From: Parcubacteria group bacterium
GTDB taxonomy: Bacteria; Patescibacteriota; Patescibacteriia; UBA1558; GWA2-36-10
Reading direction: 5' to 3'
Assembly: GCA_003104935.1 (NCBI GenBank)
Contig: PQAE01000003.1
Span: forward strand, 9,350 to 73,349
Length of the DNA: 64,000 nt
The notes under the pieces were generated by a model. It had not been told where the DNA came from, searched no databases, and was given only the letters and a program-made list of their open reading frames with translations. The position numbers and the translations under genes are program-made. Positions 30,930 to 40,190 of the stretch are shown in pieces (the stretch's first letter is position 1; each line of letters opens with the position of its first letter).

Positions 30930-31550
30930 CTACTTTTTCTTTTTGGCCTTAGCTTTCTTAACTGCCAAAGTCTTTTTTACCGTTTTCTGACCTATTTTTT
31001 TTGGCAAAACAATTTCCTTTTTGTTCTCTACTATACTGGCGGCCGGATTTAAGAATTTTAAAATCCTGTCCAGCTTGCTATTTAACATGTCAAATTGTAC
31101 TTGATAATTTTCGGAGGATTTGGCTCCACTGCTTGTCTGACGATTGTCACCCTTGGTAAAACAATTACTGCAGTAAACAGGTTTGTCGCCAGTAGGACGA
31201 AATGGTACCTGACAAGCAGTGCCACACTTGGCGCAGATGGCGTCAAACATCTTTTTATCGCCGCCAAAACTCGGGCGACGTTCAAAACGGTCATTGGGAC
31301 GACTACCTTCATTTTTGGAAAAACAATCGCTACAATAAACCGGCTTGTCGCCGCTGGGTCTAAATGGCACCTGACAGGCTTTGCCGCATTTGTCGCAGAT
31401 AGCGTCAAACATGGCCGAGCGCTCCCGATCCGGACGTCGGAAATCTCTATTGCCGCCGCGTCCGCCAAAACCGCGCGTGCCAGAATCACGGCCGCCAAAT
31501 CTCTTGTTGCCACGGTCGCCACCGGATCTATCTCTGCCAAACTTCTTCAT
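30930..31550 (-). CDS. Duplicated CxxC...CxxC zinc-ribbon protein with RGG-rich N-terminus and Lys-rich C-terminus (probable nucleic-acid binding)
   Basis: Two near-identical repeats (MFDAIC(D/A)KCG(K/T)ACQVPFRP(S/T)GDKPVYCS(D/N)CF(S/T)K); N-terminal GGRDSGTRGFGGRGGNRDFRRPDR; C-terminal KKAKAKKKK. Confidence 0.7.
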   Translation of the reverse strand: MKKFGRDRSGGDRGNKRFGGRDSGTRGFGGRGGNRDFRRPDRERSAMFDAICDKCGKACQVPFRPSGDKPVYCSDCFSKNEGSRPNDRFERRPSFGGDKKMFDAICAKCGTACQVPFRPTGDKPVYCSNCFTKGDNRQTSSGAKSSENYQVQFDMLNSKLDRILKFLNPAASIVENKKEIVLPKKIGQKTVKKTLAVKKAKAKKKK

Positions 31551-31598
31551 ATTGTAGTAATTTAAAAAATTATTTAATAATTACCCTTCTAGCATTTC

Positions 31599-31634
31599 TT
31601 CGAGCGAATCCCGACGTGCGGGATGAGTCGAGAA
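31599..31634. promoter_or_regulatory. Copy 1 of a roughly 35-nt structured motif (TTCGAGCGAATCCC, small hairpin, GGGATGAGTCGAGAA)
   Basis: Near-identical arms to the copy at 40851-40885 in inverted orientation, with the central hairpin changed in a compensatory way. Lies in the upstream region of the Zn-ribbon gene. Confidence 0.4.
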
Positions 31635-31769
31635 TAAACAATTCTCGACCACGCCGCTAATCGCGGCTAGGCTCAAACAAAAAATCGCTAGTTAACTTGT
31701 TTCATCTTAGCAGAGAAAGCATTATAAGTAAATGAATACAATATTTTATTCTTAAATTAGCTATATTTA

Positions 31770-31798
31770 TTGACAAATTTCGCTAAAAATACTATTAT
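31770..31798 (+). promoter_or_regulatory. Sigma70-type promoter (TTGACA, 17-nt spacer, TATTAT) for tRNA-Gln
   Basis: About 70 nt upstream of the mature tRNA 5' end. Confidence 0.5.
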
Positions 31799-31874
31799 AT
31801 CTGTGTTTTATCGAATATCAGGGGATCGCCCACCTTCGCCAAGGCTACGGTGGGCAAGTATCATTGTAAAATGA

Positions 31875-31948
31875 TCGGGGATCGTCTAGTGGTAGGACAG
31901 CGGCCTTTGGAGCCGTCAACCGGGGTTCGAATCCCTGTCCCCGAGCCA
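31875..31948 (+). tRNA. tRNA-Gln (anticodon UUG), CCA encoded
   Basis: Acceptor stem UCGGGGA/UCCCCGA with discriminator G and CCA; GGTTCGAATCC T-loop; anticodon loop CUUUGGA. Confidence 0.8.
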
Positions 31949-32017
31949 ATAACTATAATATAGCTTTAACAAAATTTTTTTGTTATACTGAAGACATTAT
32001 TAAACTTAAATAAAATT

Positions 32018-32719
32018 ATGAAACTTTCTAAAAGTCAAAATGGTTATGCTAACATAAGCGCTATTCTGGTAGCAGTTTTATTTGTGGCGATTATATTTAT
32101 TACTGCTGTTTATATAGATAATATATTATCCGCCACTAAAGACATCCATATAGTTAATCACAAAGGAGCTTTAATTGCGAAGAACAACCTAACTACATAT
32201 ACAGATGAGATTCTAGGTTATTCTTTTGAATATCCTGGTGATAAGTATGAGGTTTCATTGCCGGCGGGAGTTAGCACCTCGGGAGAATATGTGAATATTG
32301 CCTTATACGAAAAAAATGAAAAGAAACGTTATGCTATGAGATTTCTTGCTCACAAACCTTACGAAAAAAATTTAGAACTTGGAGCCTATCCTGGAGACGT
32401 AAATACTTTTTATAATTTTGGCGATATCGAGAGCTATATCTATGAAAATGGTGAATATAAAATAATATATGGCCCGCGTAAACTTAGTGTTAAAGTATCG
32501 GACGTAATAGAAAGTGATTTTGGTCAGATTATTGTTATTGACGGAATAAGTTTTAACGAACATGGAGCTGGCATTACAATACGCGAAGGCATAGGTCATG
32601 CCGCCTTAATCAGATCAAATAATGATAAATATTGGGATATTAATGTAGATGTCAATGAAGAAGCAATGAGCTATCAGGAATTTATTACTATTTTAAAAAC
32701 CATAAACCGGAAAATTTAA
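32018..32719 (+). CDS. Hypothetical membrane-anchored secreted protein
   Basis: 233-aa ORF with an N-terminal TM anchor, the only plus-strand gene in this stretch. Confidence 0.5.
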   Translation: MKLSKSQNGYANISAILVAVLFVAIIFITAVYIDNILSATKDIHIVNHKGALIAKNNLTTYTDEILGYSFEYPGDKYEVSLPAGVSTSGEYVNIALYEKNEKKRYAMRFLAHKPYEKNLELGAYPGDVNTFYNFGDIESYIYENGEYKIIYGPRKLSVKVSDVIESDFGQIIVIDGISFNEHGAGITIREGIGHAALIRSNNDKYWDINVDVNEEAMSYQEFITILKTINRKI

Positions 32720-32800
32720 CTTTACCCTGTATAAATATACCTGGAATTATAAAAAAATCAGGCCTTTCAGCCCGATTTTTTTAGTTTTATTTGCTTAAAT

Positions 32801-33613
32801 TTATTTCACTTCGTAGTTGAGGTTCATCTCCATAATCAGCTTATACTCCCCCGTCGGTATGGTCGGTGCAGTGACGTCGGCTGACATAGTTGCTCCGCCT
32901 TTACCGCCATAGTAGGAATTGTATGCCTCTGCGCCCTGAATCATATTTTCCCACCAGCCAACTATTTTGCCGAGTTTGACGCCAGCGGCCTGAGACAATT
33001 CAGCGGATTTTGATTTGGCATCAGCGATAGCTTTGAGACGGGCCTGCTCTTTGAGATTATTCATATCACTGCTCTCAAAACTAATGCTATTGATCTGGTT
33101 GGAGCCAGCTTTTCCGGCGGCGGCGATCACTTTAGAGACATTGGCATTTTCTTCGCCCAGGTTTTTTATGGTCACCACCAGAGACTGGTCGGCATTATAT
33201 CCGGTCAGAATATTTTTTCCCGACGGCTGTACGCTAGAATCAGGCGTCAGCGGCGCTGTGATCCAATCATACTGCGGATAAAGATTATAATTTAGAGTCT
33301 GGACATCTTTTTTATCAATACCGGCATCAATAATGGCTTTAACTACCTTGGCCATATTGTCATTAAGCTGTTTTAATGCCGCCTCAGCCGTAACGGCCCG
33401 GTCTACTTTGGCGCCGATATTGATCTTGGCGATATCCGGCGTGTAAGTCAGCTCTCCCCGACCCACGACCGAGACCTGCCACTGCGGATTAGCCACAAAG
33501 CGGTCGCGCAGAATAGCCAACCCGACAATCGCCGTAATCAGTATCATGCCGATTATTTTTACCACCAGATGAGCTCGGTGGCGAGGATAATTTTGACTCA
33601 TTGTTTCTTCCAT
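32801..33613 (-). CDS. SIMPL-domain protein (DUF541, 26 kDa periplasmic immunogenic protein family)
   Basis: N-terminal TM then the characteristic pattern (VVGRGELTYTPDIAKINIGAKV...LNYNLYPQY). Confidence 0.7.
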   Translation of the reverse strand: MEETMSQNYPRHRAHLVVKIIGMILITAIVGLAILRDRFVANPQWQVSVVGRGELTYTPDIAKINIGAKVDRAVTAEAALKQLNDNMAKVVKAIIDAGIDKKDVQTLNYNLYPQYDWITAPLTPDSSVQPSGKNILTGYNADQSLVVTIKNLGEENANVSKVIAAAGKAGSNQINSISFESSDMNNLKEQARLKAIADAKSKSAELSQAAGVKLGKIVGWWENMIQGAEAYNSYYGGKGGATMSADVTAPTIPTGEYKLIMEMNLNYEVK

Positions 33614-33673
33614 ATGTTTTATTTTAATACTAATATTTTTAGTATAACACTTTTTAAAAATAATTTAAATTGT

Positions 33674-35380
33674 TTATTCTTTTACTTTTTTCCTTAAACT
33701 GGCTTTAACCAGTTCCACAAACAAAGGATGCGGCTTGAGCGGCCGGGACTTATATTCCGGATGCCCCTGGGTGGCGATAAAAAAAGGATGCATAGATTTA
33801 GGTAGCTCTATCATCTCCACAAAAAAATCATCAGGCGAAGTGCCGGAGATAACCAAACCCTTTTCCTCGAGGATTTGGCGGTAGGAATTGTTGAATTCAT
33901 AACGGTGACGGTGTCGCTCGGAAATTTTTATATTTCCGGGAGCTTTTATTTTTTCTTTAGATTTGTGGGCTTCGGAAACCAGCTCGCCCTGACCGTATTT
34001 GAGATAAATAGAACCGGCCAAAGTATTTTCTCGGAGATAGCAATCATAAGCTCCCAAGCGCATAGATACGCCGTCGCCCTTTATCACCTGATATTTGCTA
34101 TCCATGGGGATGCTGTGGATGACAGGATCGCTAGTATCCGGATTAATTTCCTCAGAATTTGCCTCCTTTAAACCCACAATATTTCTGGCAAATTCCACGC
34201 AAGCTAGTTGCATACCATAGCATAGCCCCAGAAAAGGAATTTTTTTCTCCCGGGCATATTGAATAGTCATGACCTTACCTTCTGCTCCCCGCGCTCCCCA
34301 GCCGATGGGAACGATAATACCGTCGGGCTTTTTGATCAGTCTTACCCCTTCTTTTTCGATATCTTCGGTATTAACCATCCGTATATTGAGATTGACTTTG
34401 AGTTGCCAGCAAGCATGTTTGACCGCCTCAATCAGCGAGGCATAAGAGTCCAGCAGTTCATAATCACCGGTACTGATATATTTGCCGGCAATCACTATTT
34501 CCACATTTTTTTTCTTTTCTGATTTGATGGCATGGACTAATTTTTGCCAATTACCGATCAAAGGCTTGCGCAAATTTATGCCGAAATATTTTAATATCTT
34601 TTTATCAAATTCCTGTTTGGAAAATAAAACCGGCAATTCATAGACACTTTCCAAATCCGGAGCCATGATGACATTATCCCCCGGCACGCTGGTCTTCAGA
34701 CCGAGCAGATAGCGACGCCGCTTGTCCAGATTAGCTTCACTGCGCAGGACTAAAAATTCAGGCATGATACCCATGCCCATGACCGTGCGCATGGACATCT
34801 GCGTGGGCATGGTCTTGGGTTCGCCGATATGGCGGGGTATGGGCACGTAGCTAACATGGACATTGAGCACCTGGCCCGGCATCTGTGTCTTCATGATGCG
34901 GCAGGCCTCATAGTAGAGCATATTTTGATATTCTCCGGCCGTACCTCCCAATTCAATAATAATAATTTCATTACCTTCGCCGGCTTTTTTTATTCTTTCA
35001 ATAATTTCATCGGACACGTGGGGTATAGCTTCCACATCTTCACCATGATAACCAAATGATCTTTCCCGATTGATCACCGTCTGATAAACCTGCCCCATGG
35101 TGGTAAAATTCTTATGGCCCATTTCCTGGTTTAAGAAACGTTCGTATGTCCCTAGATCCATGTCCGCCTCCAAACCGTCTTCACATAAAAACGGGTCACC
35201 GTGTTCGATGGGATTGATGGTGCCCGAGTCTATGTTGATATAATTTTCGCATTTAATGACACCGACTTTGTAGCCGCGGCTCTGAATCAGGTTTCCCAGA
35301 GAAGCGGCCACCACGCCCTTGCCCAGGCCGGACAGGACGCCACCGGAAACAAAGATATATCTAGTTTTGTGGTCGGTCAT
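33674..35380 (-). CDS. pyrG: CTP synthase
   Basis: YIFVSGGVLSGLGKG N-terminus; glutamine amidotransferase GLCYGMQ with Cys. Confidence 0.9.
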   Translation of the reverse strand: MTDHKTRYIFVSGGVLSGLGKGVVAASLGNLIQSRGYKVGVIKCENYINIDSGTINPIEHGDPFLCEDGLEADMDLGTYERFLNQEMGHKNFTTMGQVYQTVINRERSFGYHGEDVEAIPHVSDEIIERIKKAGEGNEIIIIELGGTAGEYQNMLYYEACRIMKTQMPGQVLNVHVSYVPIPRHIGEPKTMPTQMSMRTVMGMGIMPEFLVLRSEANLDKRRRYLLGLKTSVPGDNVIMAPDLESVYELPVLFSKQEFDKKILKYFGINLRKPLIGNWQKLVHAIKSEKKKNVEIVIAGKYISTGDYELLDSYASLIEAVKHACWQLKVNLNIRMVNTEDIEKEGVRLIKKPDGIIVPIGWGARGAEGKVMTIQYAREKKIPFLGLCYGMQLACVEFARNIVGLKEANSEEINPDTSDPVIHSIPMDSKYQVIKGDGVSMRLGAYDCYLRENTLAGSIYLKYGQGELVSEAHKSKEKIKAPGNIKISERHRHRYEFNNSYRQILEEKGLVISGTSPDDFFVEMIELPKSMHPFFIATQGHPEYKSRPLKPHPLFVELVKASLRKKVKE

Positions 35381-35390
35381 AAATGTATGC

Positions 35391-35825
35391 TTATTCAGTT
35401 TTTATATCAATATTTAGATTTAAGGGCGGCTGATCAGGCAAACTGATAATTATTTTAAATTCGCCCGGACTTTTAAAATGCAACGGTTTGCCCAGCCACT
35501 TAGGTTTGATGCTGATATTATACTTTTCTTCCAACATCCTGACAACATCCGCCGTACTCACCGCCTGGAACAGATGTCCCTGCTCTGAGGCCTTGCGAAT
35601 AAAATTTATTTTCTGATTTTCTAAAATTTTATAAAACCGCTGATAGGATTGCTCCCGAGCCTGAGGTGTCAGCCGAGTTTCTTGCAGGCGGGAGATGTTA
35701 AGTGCCGTAGCCAATTGGGCTTTCTTCTCAGGCAGGAGATAGTTCATGGCATAACCGTCGTTCACCTCCTTGATCTCGCCTTTTTTACCCAAAGATAATA
35801 TATTGGTTAACAATATTACTTTCAT
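35391..35825 (-). CDS. rplI: 50S ribosomal protein L9
   Basis: MKVILLTNILSLGKKGEIKEVNDGYAMNYLLP N-terminus. Confidence 0.85.
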   Translation of the reverse strand: MKVILLTNILSLGKKGEIKEVNDGYAMNYLLPEKKAQLATALNISRLQETRLTPQAREQSYQRFYKILENQKINFIRKASEQGHLFQAVSTADVVRMLEEKYNISIKPKWLGKPLHFKSPGEFKIIISLPDQPPLNLNIDIKTE

Positions 35826-35829
35826 ATTT

Positions 35830-37113
35830 CTATTCCCCCAGAATCATTTTTTTGGCCATATCAAACTGAGGGTCCAAATCATTATTATAGTCATCCTCGG
35901 TTAGTTTGACCTCAAAGTTGGGCTTGATACCCTGGCCGTCAATAGTCCTGCCCTGTGGAGTCAGCCAGCGGGCCACCGTCAGCTTAATAGAAGAATTATC
36001 GGTCAGAGGAATAAGTTGTTGGACCGAGCCTTTGCCAAAAGAAGTTACGCCCACGACCTGAGCCAGCCCATAATCCTGCAGGGCGCCGGCCATGATTTCC
36101 GAGGCTGAGGCGCTACCTTCATTGATTAAGACCACGGTTTTAAATTTGGCTAAGCTAAGACGTTTGATGGCCTTGTGTTCTATGTCATTACGCTTATCAC
36201 CGTAGGTCTCGCGCACCACCACCTGCCCCGGTTCCAGCCAGCTACTGGTAATCTCCACAGCGCTATCCAGAAAGCCGCCCGGGTCGTTGCGCAAATCTAC
36301 AATAATACCCTTAGGATTATCTTTTAAAACTTTTTGAGCAACGGCAGTAAAACGGCTACTGGTGTCACTATTAAAACTGGTAATTTCGACCACGGCTAGA
36401 CCATCAACTAATTTATACTTAACGCTGGGAATGTCAATCTTACTGCGCACAATACCGACATCTTTTGTTTCCTTTCCGTCCGGAGGCAAAATCGTCAAAA
36501 CAACAGTTTTGCCCAGATCGCCGCGTATTTTGGAAATAGCTTCATTGACGGACATATCGGTAGCATCAACCTGATCAATAGCTAATATCCGATCCCCGGC
36601 TTTGAGCCCGGCTTTTTCCGCCGGACTACCGTCCAGAGGTGCGATGATAACCAACGAGCCGTTTTTACGACCCAGCTCGGCGCCGATACCATAAAAAGTA
36701 CCGTCCAACTCCTGGGTAAATTCATCAGTCAAGCTAGGAGTCAAAAAAACCGAATGTGGGTCTCCCAACGCGCTGACCATGCCGCTGATAACACCATAAA
36801 AAAGATCCTTATCATTGACCTTATTTTTATCTAAATAATCGTTATGAATAGCCTGCCAGGCCTGAGCAAAGACATTAACATCAATTTCCTTGTTGCCCGC
36901 AAAGATGTCGTTAATCTCCGACGGAATATCACCGATGATCTGTCCGGAGTTTTTTGTGTCTCCCTTAAAATAAACTCCCGACATCAATCCAAAAACAAAA
37001 GTCAGAATTAAGATAAACGAAAACACATAGACCTGCGCGGCCCGATACCAGGGCGAATGTTTCCCGGATTTATTATCAGACACTACAAAATTGTTATTAT
37101 GAAATTGATTCAT
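35830..37113 (-). CDS. ctpA: Carboxyl-terminal processing protease (S41 family) with PDZ domain
   Basis: PDZ segment (GSPAEKAGLKAGDRILAID); catalytic region (SASASEIMAGALQD...GKGSVQ). Confidence 0.85.
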   Translation of the reverse strand: MNQFHNNNFVVSDNKSGKHSPWYRAAQVYVFSFILILTFVFGLMSGVYFKGDTKNSGQIIGDIPSEINDIFAGNKEIDVNVFAQAWQAIHNDYLDKNKVNDKDLFYGVISGMVSALGDPHSVFLTPSLTDEFTQELDGTFYGIGAELGRKNGSLVIIAPLDGSPAEKAGLKAGDRILAIDQVDATDMSVNEAISKIRGDLGKTVVLTILPPDGKETKDVGIVRSKIDIPSVKYKLVDGLAVVEITSFNSDTSSRFTAVAQKVLKDNPKGIIVDLRNDPGGFLDSAVEITSSWLEPGQVVVRETYGDKRNDIEHKAIKRLSLAKFKTVVLINEGSASASEIMAGALQDYGLAQVVGVTSFGKGSVQQLIPLTDNSSIKLTVARWLTPQGRTIDGQGIKPNFEVKLTEDDYNNDLDPQFDMAKKMILGE

Positions 37114-37134
37114 AACAAAAAAATAATATCAAAC

Positions 37135-38433
37135 CTAATCACCTTCTACTCGCCTGATCTTGGCGCCCAATTTAGACAGACGTTCATCCAACATTTCATA
37201 ACCGCGATCTACCTGATAAATATTGGAAATATTACTGGTACCGTCGGCGGCTAAAGCGGCGATAATCAAGGTGGCGCCGGCCCGCAGATCAAAACTAGTC
37301 ATTTCTTTACCAAACAGTGGTGCCGGTCCGATCACTACGATACGGTGCGGATCAGAAACCACTATGTTGGCGCCCATTTTTTTGAGCTCGGCCACATACT
37401 TTAGGCGACCGTCGTACATCCAGTCATGAATTAATGAAGTACCCTTAGCTTGCGTCATCATAACGGTAAAAGGTGAAATCAAATCAGCCGCGAAACCAGG
37501 CCAGGGCATATCATGAAGTTTTTCAATAGCCTGCAGATCTATCTTGCCATCCACCCGAATATTAGCCAGCTGATAATTCTTATTAGGACTATCCGGCAAA
37601 TATTCAATATCTAATTTCAGACCGACCTGGCGGTATTTTTCCAGCTCTAAGCGCATGAATTGCGGCGCGGTATTTTCGATGGTTAGTTGCGAGCGGGTAG
37701 CGCCGGCCAGACAAATAAAGGTGCCGGTTTCTATCGGATCGGGCATAATATAATATTCGCTACCGTGCAATTTGTTAACACCTTTTATTTTTAAATTATG
37801 ACTACCGATACCGTCTATCTCCGCACCCATGCTCTGTAAAAACCAACATAAGTCCTGCACTGATGGTTCGGCGGCGGCGATATCAACATTGATCCGACCA
37901 TGATTTAGCGCCGCGGCCAAAATGACGTTTTCCGTACCGGTTACAGAAAATTCGTCCAAGACAATTTCCGGATCAGCTGGTGCTATTTTTTCCAGGTCAT
38001 AAAATTTACCGTCAAACTCGGATTTGATACCCAATTTTTTAAAGGCATGAAAATGGGTATCCATAGAGCGGGAGCCGATCTGACAACCGCCCGGCTCGCG
38101 AGTCTTGAGTTTACCAAAGCGACCCAGTAACGCCCCCATCAATAGTATAGAAGACCGCATAGTGCTAACCAGTTTCATATCCATCTGTTTGGGGTCAATA
38201 CTGGCATTATCAATTTTTAAGCTATGGTGATCGGTCCAGGTCACCCGGGAACCCATCGAAACCAATATCTGGATCATCCGCTTAACATCTTCGATGACCG
38301 GTACATTATGCAAAATTATCGTCTCCTCGGTCAGCACGCTGGCGGCAATAATGGGCGTAGCGGCGTTTTTATATCCGGCTACATTGATACTGCCTTTGAG
38401 CGACGATCCGCCTTGAATTATAAAGCTAGACAT
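37135..38433 (-). CDS. murA: UDP-N-acetylglucosamine 1-carboxyvinyltransferase
   Basis: 432 aa with EPT-fold repeats; catalytic loop KTREPGGCQIGSRSMD containing the active-site Cys. Confidence 0.85.
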   Translation of the reverse strand: MSSFIIQGGSSLKGSINVAGYKNAATPIIAASVLTEETIILHNVPVIEDVKRMIQILVSMGSRVTWTDHHSLKIDNASIDPKQMDMKLVSTMRSSILLMGALLGRFGKLKTREPGGCQIGSRSMDTHFHAFKKLGIKSEFDGKFYDLEKIAPADPEIVLDEFSVTGTENVILAAALNHGRINVDIAAAEPSVQDLCWFLQSMGAEIDGIGSHNLKIKGVNKLHGSEYYIMPDPIETGTFICLAGATRSQLTIENTAPQFMRLELEKYRQVGLKLDIEYLPDSPNKNYQLANIRVDGKIDLQAIEKLHDMPWPGFAADLISPFTVMMTQAKGTSLIHDWMYDGRLKYVAELKKMGANIVVSDPHRIVVIGPAPLFGKEMTSFDLRAGATLIIAALAADGTSNISNIYQVDRGYEMLDERLSKLGAKIRRVEGD

Positions 38434-38739
38434 AGTATTATTGCTAATAGTTTATTGCCTGTGGCTTATGGCTAATGGCCCGTTAAAATTTAACTATTGA
38501 CTATAGTTACTATAGGCTATTAGCTATTTGCTACTTATTAATTTATTTAATTTTTTGAAATCTGTCCGCTTGTGGGCAAAAAATATGCCCGACTCTGATA
38601 TAAATAATACCCTAAAATGGACTTTATAACAAGATGATTCCTAGTAGAAATTAACTGATTTATGTTATGACAGACAATAAACCAATTAAGCAAAATATAC
38701 CCTTAAAAAATATTAATAAATCCTTAAACTTCTAACAGG

Positions 38740-40032
38740 ATGAACAAACAGCTACGACGACTGCTTTACCTATCATTTATCCTTATTTTTTCAGTTTTGG
38801 CGCCAATCTTCATCGCCTATTCCTTGGGTTACCGCTATCGCTTTGATACAAATATGGTAGAAAAAAACGGCGCATTTTATATCAAATCCTACCCCGGCGG
38901 CGCCGATATTTACCTGGACGGCCAACCTAGCCGTCACCGCACGCCGGATCAGATTACGGAAATCCGTCCGGGATCTTATCTGGTCACCATCATTAAAGAG
39001 GCCTTTGTGCCCTGGCAAAAAAAATTAAAGGTTTTGCCCGGCGAAACCACTTTTATTCAGGATGTGGTTTTGTTTTTTTCCGATATTAAAAAAAATAGCC
39101 TGGGATCGGGCAGTACTAATTACCTGGTCAACCGGACCAAAAACCAATATGCCTACGTTGATAATAAAAGCTACCAGCTATTTATCACCGATATCGAGCA
39201 GGATAAAAATTATCAGATCTATGATTTTATAAACAATTATCAGTTATTGGACTGGTCGCCTGATAACCAGAAAATACTACTCGGCCTAGCGGGCAAATAT
39301 TATATTTTTGACATCAATCAAAAGAATCTCCAAACTCTATCCCTGCCCATAGCGGACAAAGTCAGTTGGGACAGTAAAAACTCCCGGATTTTGTGGCTCA
39401 GCACAAAGCAAGGCCTGTACACCTATGATCTGGAGGCGGCCCCAGCCGAATCTCTATCGGAGATTAAGCTGAATAAAAAAATTTATGATTTTGCAGTGCA
39501 GGACGAGTATCTTATTATAGAATATAGCCTGGGAGATAAATATTTTTTGGAACAATTGGATAAAAATGATTTACAACCTCTGCAAACCTCCGAAAATATA
39601 ACTCCCGGAAAAATACATTTGCTTTTGGCCGATAGACAAAGGTTTATATTGACCGTCGGGTCTATTCTCTATATCAAAACGCTGGAAAAAGAGGCGCTGA
39701 CCATACCAGTAACCTTAGCCGACATCCATGATGACCGCCTACTCATCTCCAACGGCAATGAAATTATTTTGTACAATTTTAAAGAAGACTGGCAGGATCT
39801 GATCGACCGCTCCACCCAGATTGTTTCTGATTTACTCTGGCATCCCAACGGTAGCTACTTTATCACCGAGATTAACTCTCGCACAAACCTAACCGAAGTA
39901 GACAGCCGTGATAAGCGCAATACCATCAATATTATAGATAACCCTCTGAAAAAATCCTACATTTTTAATAAAAAAGGAGATAAACTTTTTGTGCTCACCC
40001 CGGAGGAAAATTTTTATCTGACGATACAATAA
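38740..40032 (+). CDS. Membrane-anchored PEGA-domain plus beta-propeller-like protein
   Basis: N-terminal TM; PEGA-like segment (FYIKSYPGGADIYLDGQP...RPGSYLVTIIKEAFVPWQKKLKVLPGETTFI); repetitive beta-rich remainder. Confidence 0.55.
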   Translation: MNKQLRRLLYLSFILIFSVLAPIFIAYSLGYRYRFDTNMVEKNGAFYIKSYPGGADIYLDGQPSRHRTPDQITEIRPGSYLVTIIKEAFVPWQKKLKVLPGETTFIQDVVLFFSDIKKNSLGSGSTNYLVNRTKNQYAYVDNKSYQLFITDIEQDKNYQIYDFINNYQLLDWSPDNQKILLGLAGKYYIFDINQKNLQTLSLPIADKVSWDSKNSRILWLSTKQGLYTYDLEAAPAESLSEIKLNKKIYDFAVQDEYLIIEYSLGDKYFLEQLDKNDLQPLQTSENITPGKIHLLLADRQRFILTVGSILYIKTLEKEALTIPVTLADIHDDRLLISNGNEIILYNFKEDWQDLIDRSTQIVSDLLWHPNGSYFITEINSRTNLTEVDSRDKRNTINIIDNPLKKSYIFNKKGDKLFVLTPEENFYLTIQ

Positions 40033-40042
40033 AACAGGTAGT

Positions 40043-40088
40043 GCCGCGGCGCGCCATTCAAGAAAAGTATGGTTAGGCGCGCCGCGGC
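40043..40088 (+). terminator. Perfect 13-bp all-GC inverted repeat (GCCGCGGCGCGCC, 20-nt loop, GGCGCGCCGCGGC) followed by a T-rich tract
   Basis: Lies 11 nt after the stop of the 38740-40032 gene and marks the left edge of the high-GC insert. Confidence 0.45.
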
Positions 40089-40190
40089 TTTAATATTGAC
40101 AAAACTAAATAAATCTGCTAATTTATAGTGTTTGCAATGACCTGGTTGCGACCAGATCAAAATCGTTCCTCACAGAAAGGATATTACTTC

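Noticed and set aside
31082-31565. 152-aa minus-strand and 156-aa plus-strand ORFs overlapping the Zn-ribbon gene
   Set aside because: The 30930-31550 frame contains the duplicated CxxC...CxxC repeat and coherent terminal tracts. The others are Ala/Val-rich shadows of a GC-rich repetitive sequence.
38470-38560. Odd tag/cta-rich stretch (ttgactatagttactataggctattagctatttgctact) upstream of the PEGA gene
   Set aside because: Low-complexity AT-rich promoter region. It is not repeated elsewhere in the window and has no clear hairpin or motif.
40043-40088. GC hairpin containing AscI (GGCGCGCC) and SacII (CCGCGG) sites, and EcoRI in the 47252 leader, as evidence of synthetic DNA
   Set aside because: It cannot be evaluated without read or assembly data. 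Such sites occur naturally, so it is recorded only as a caution under the relevant findings.
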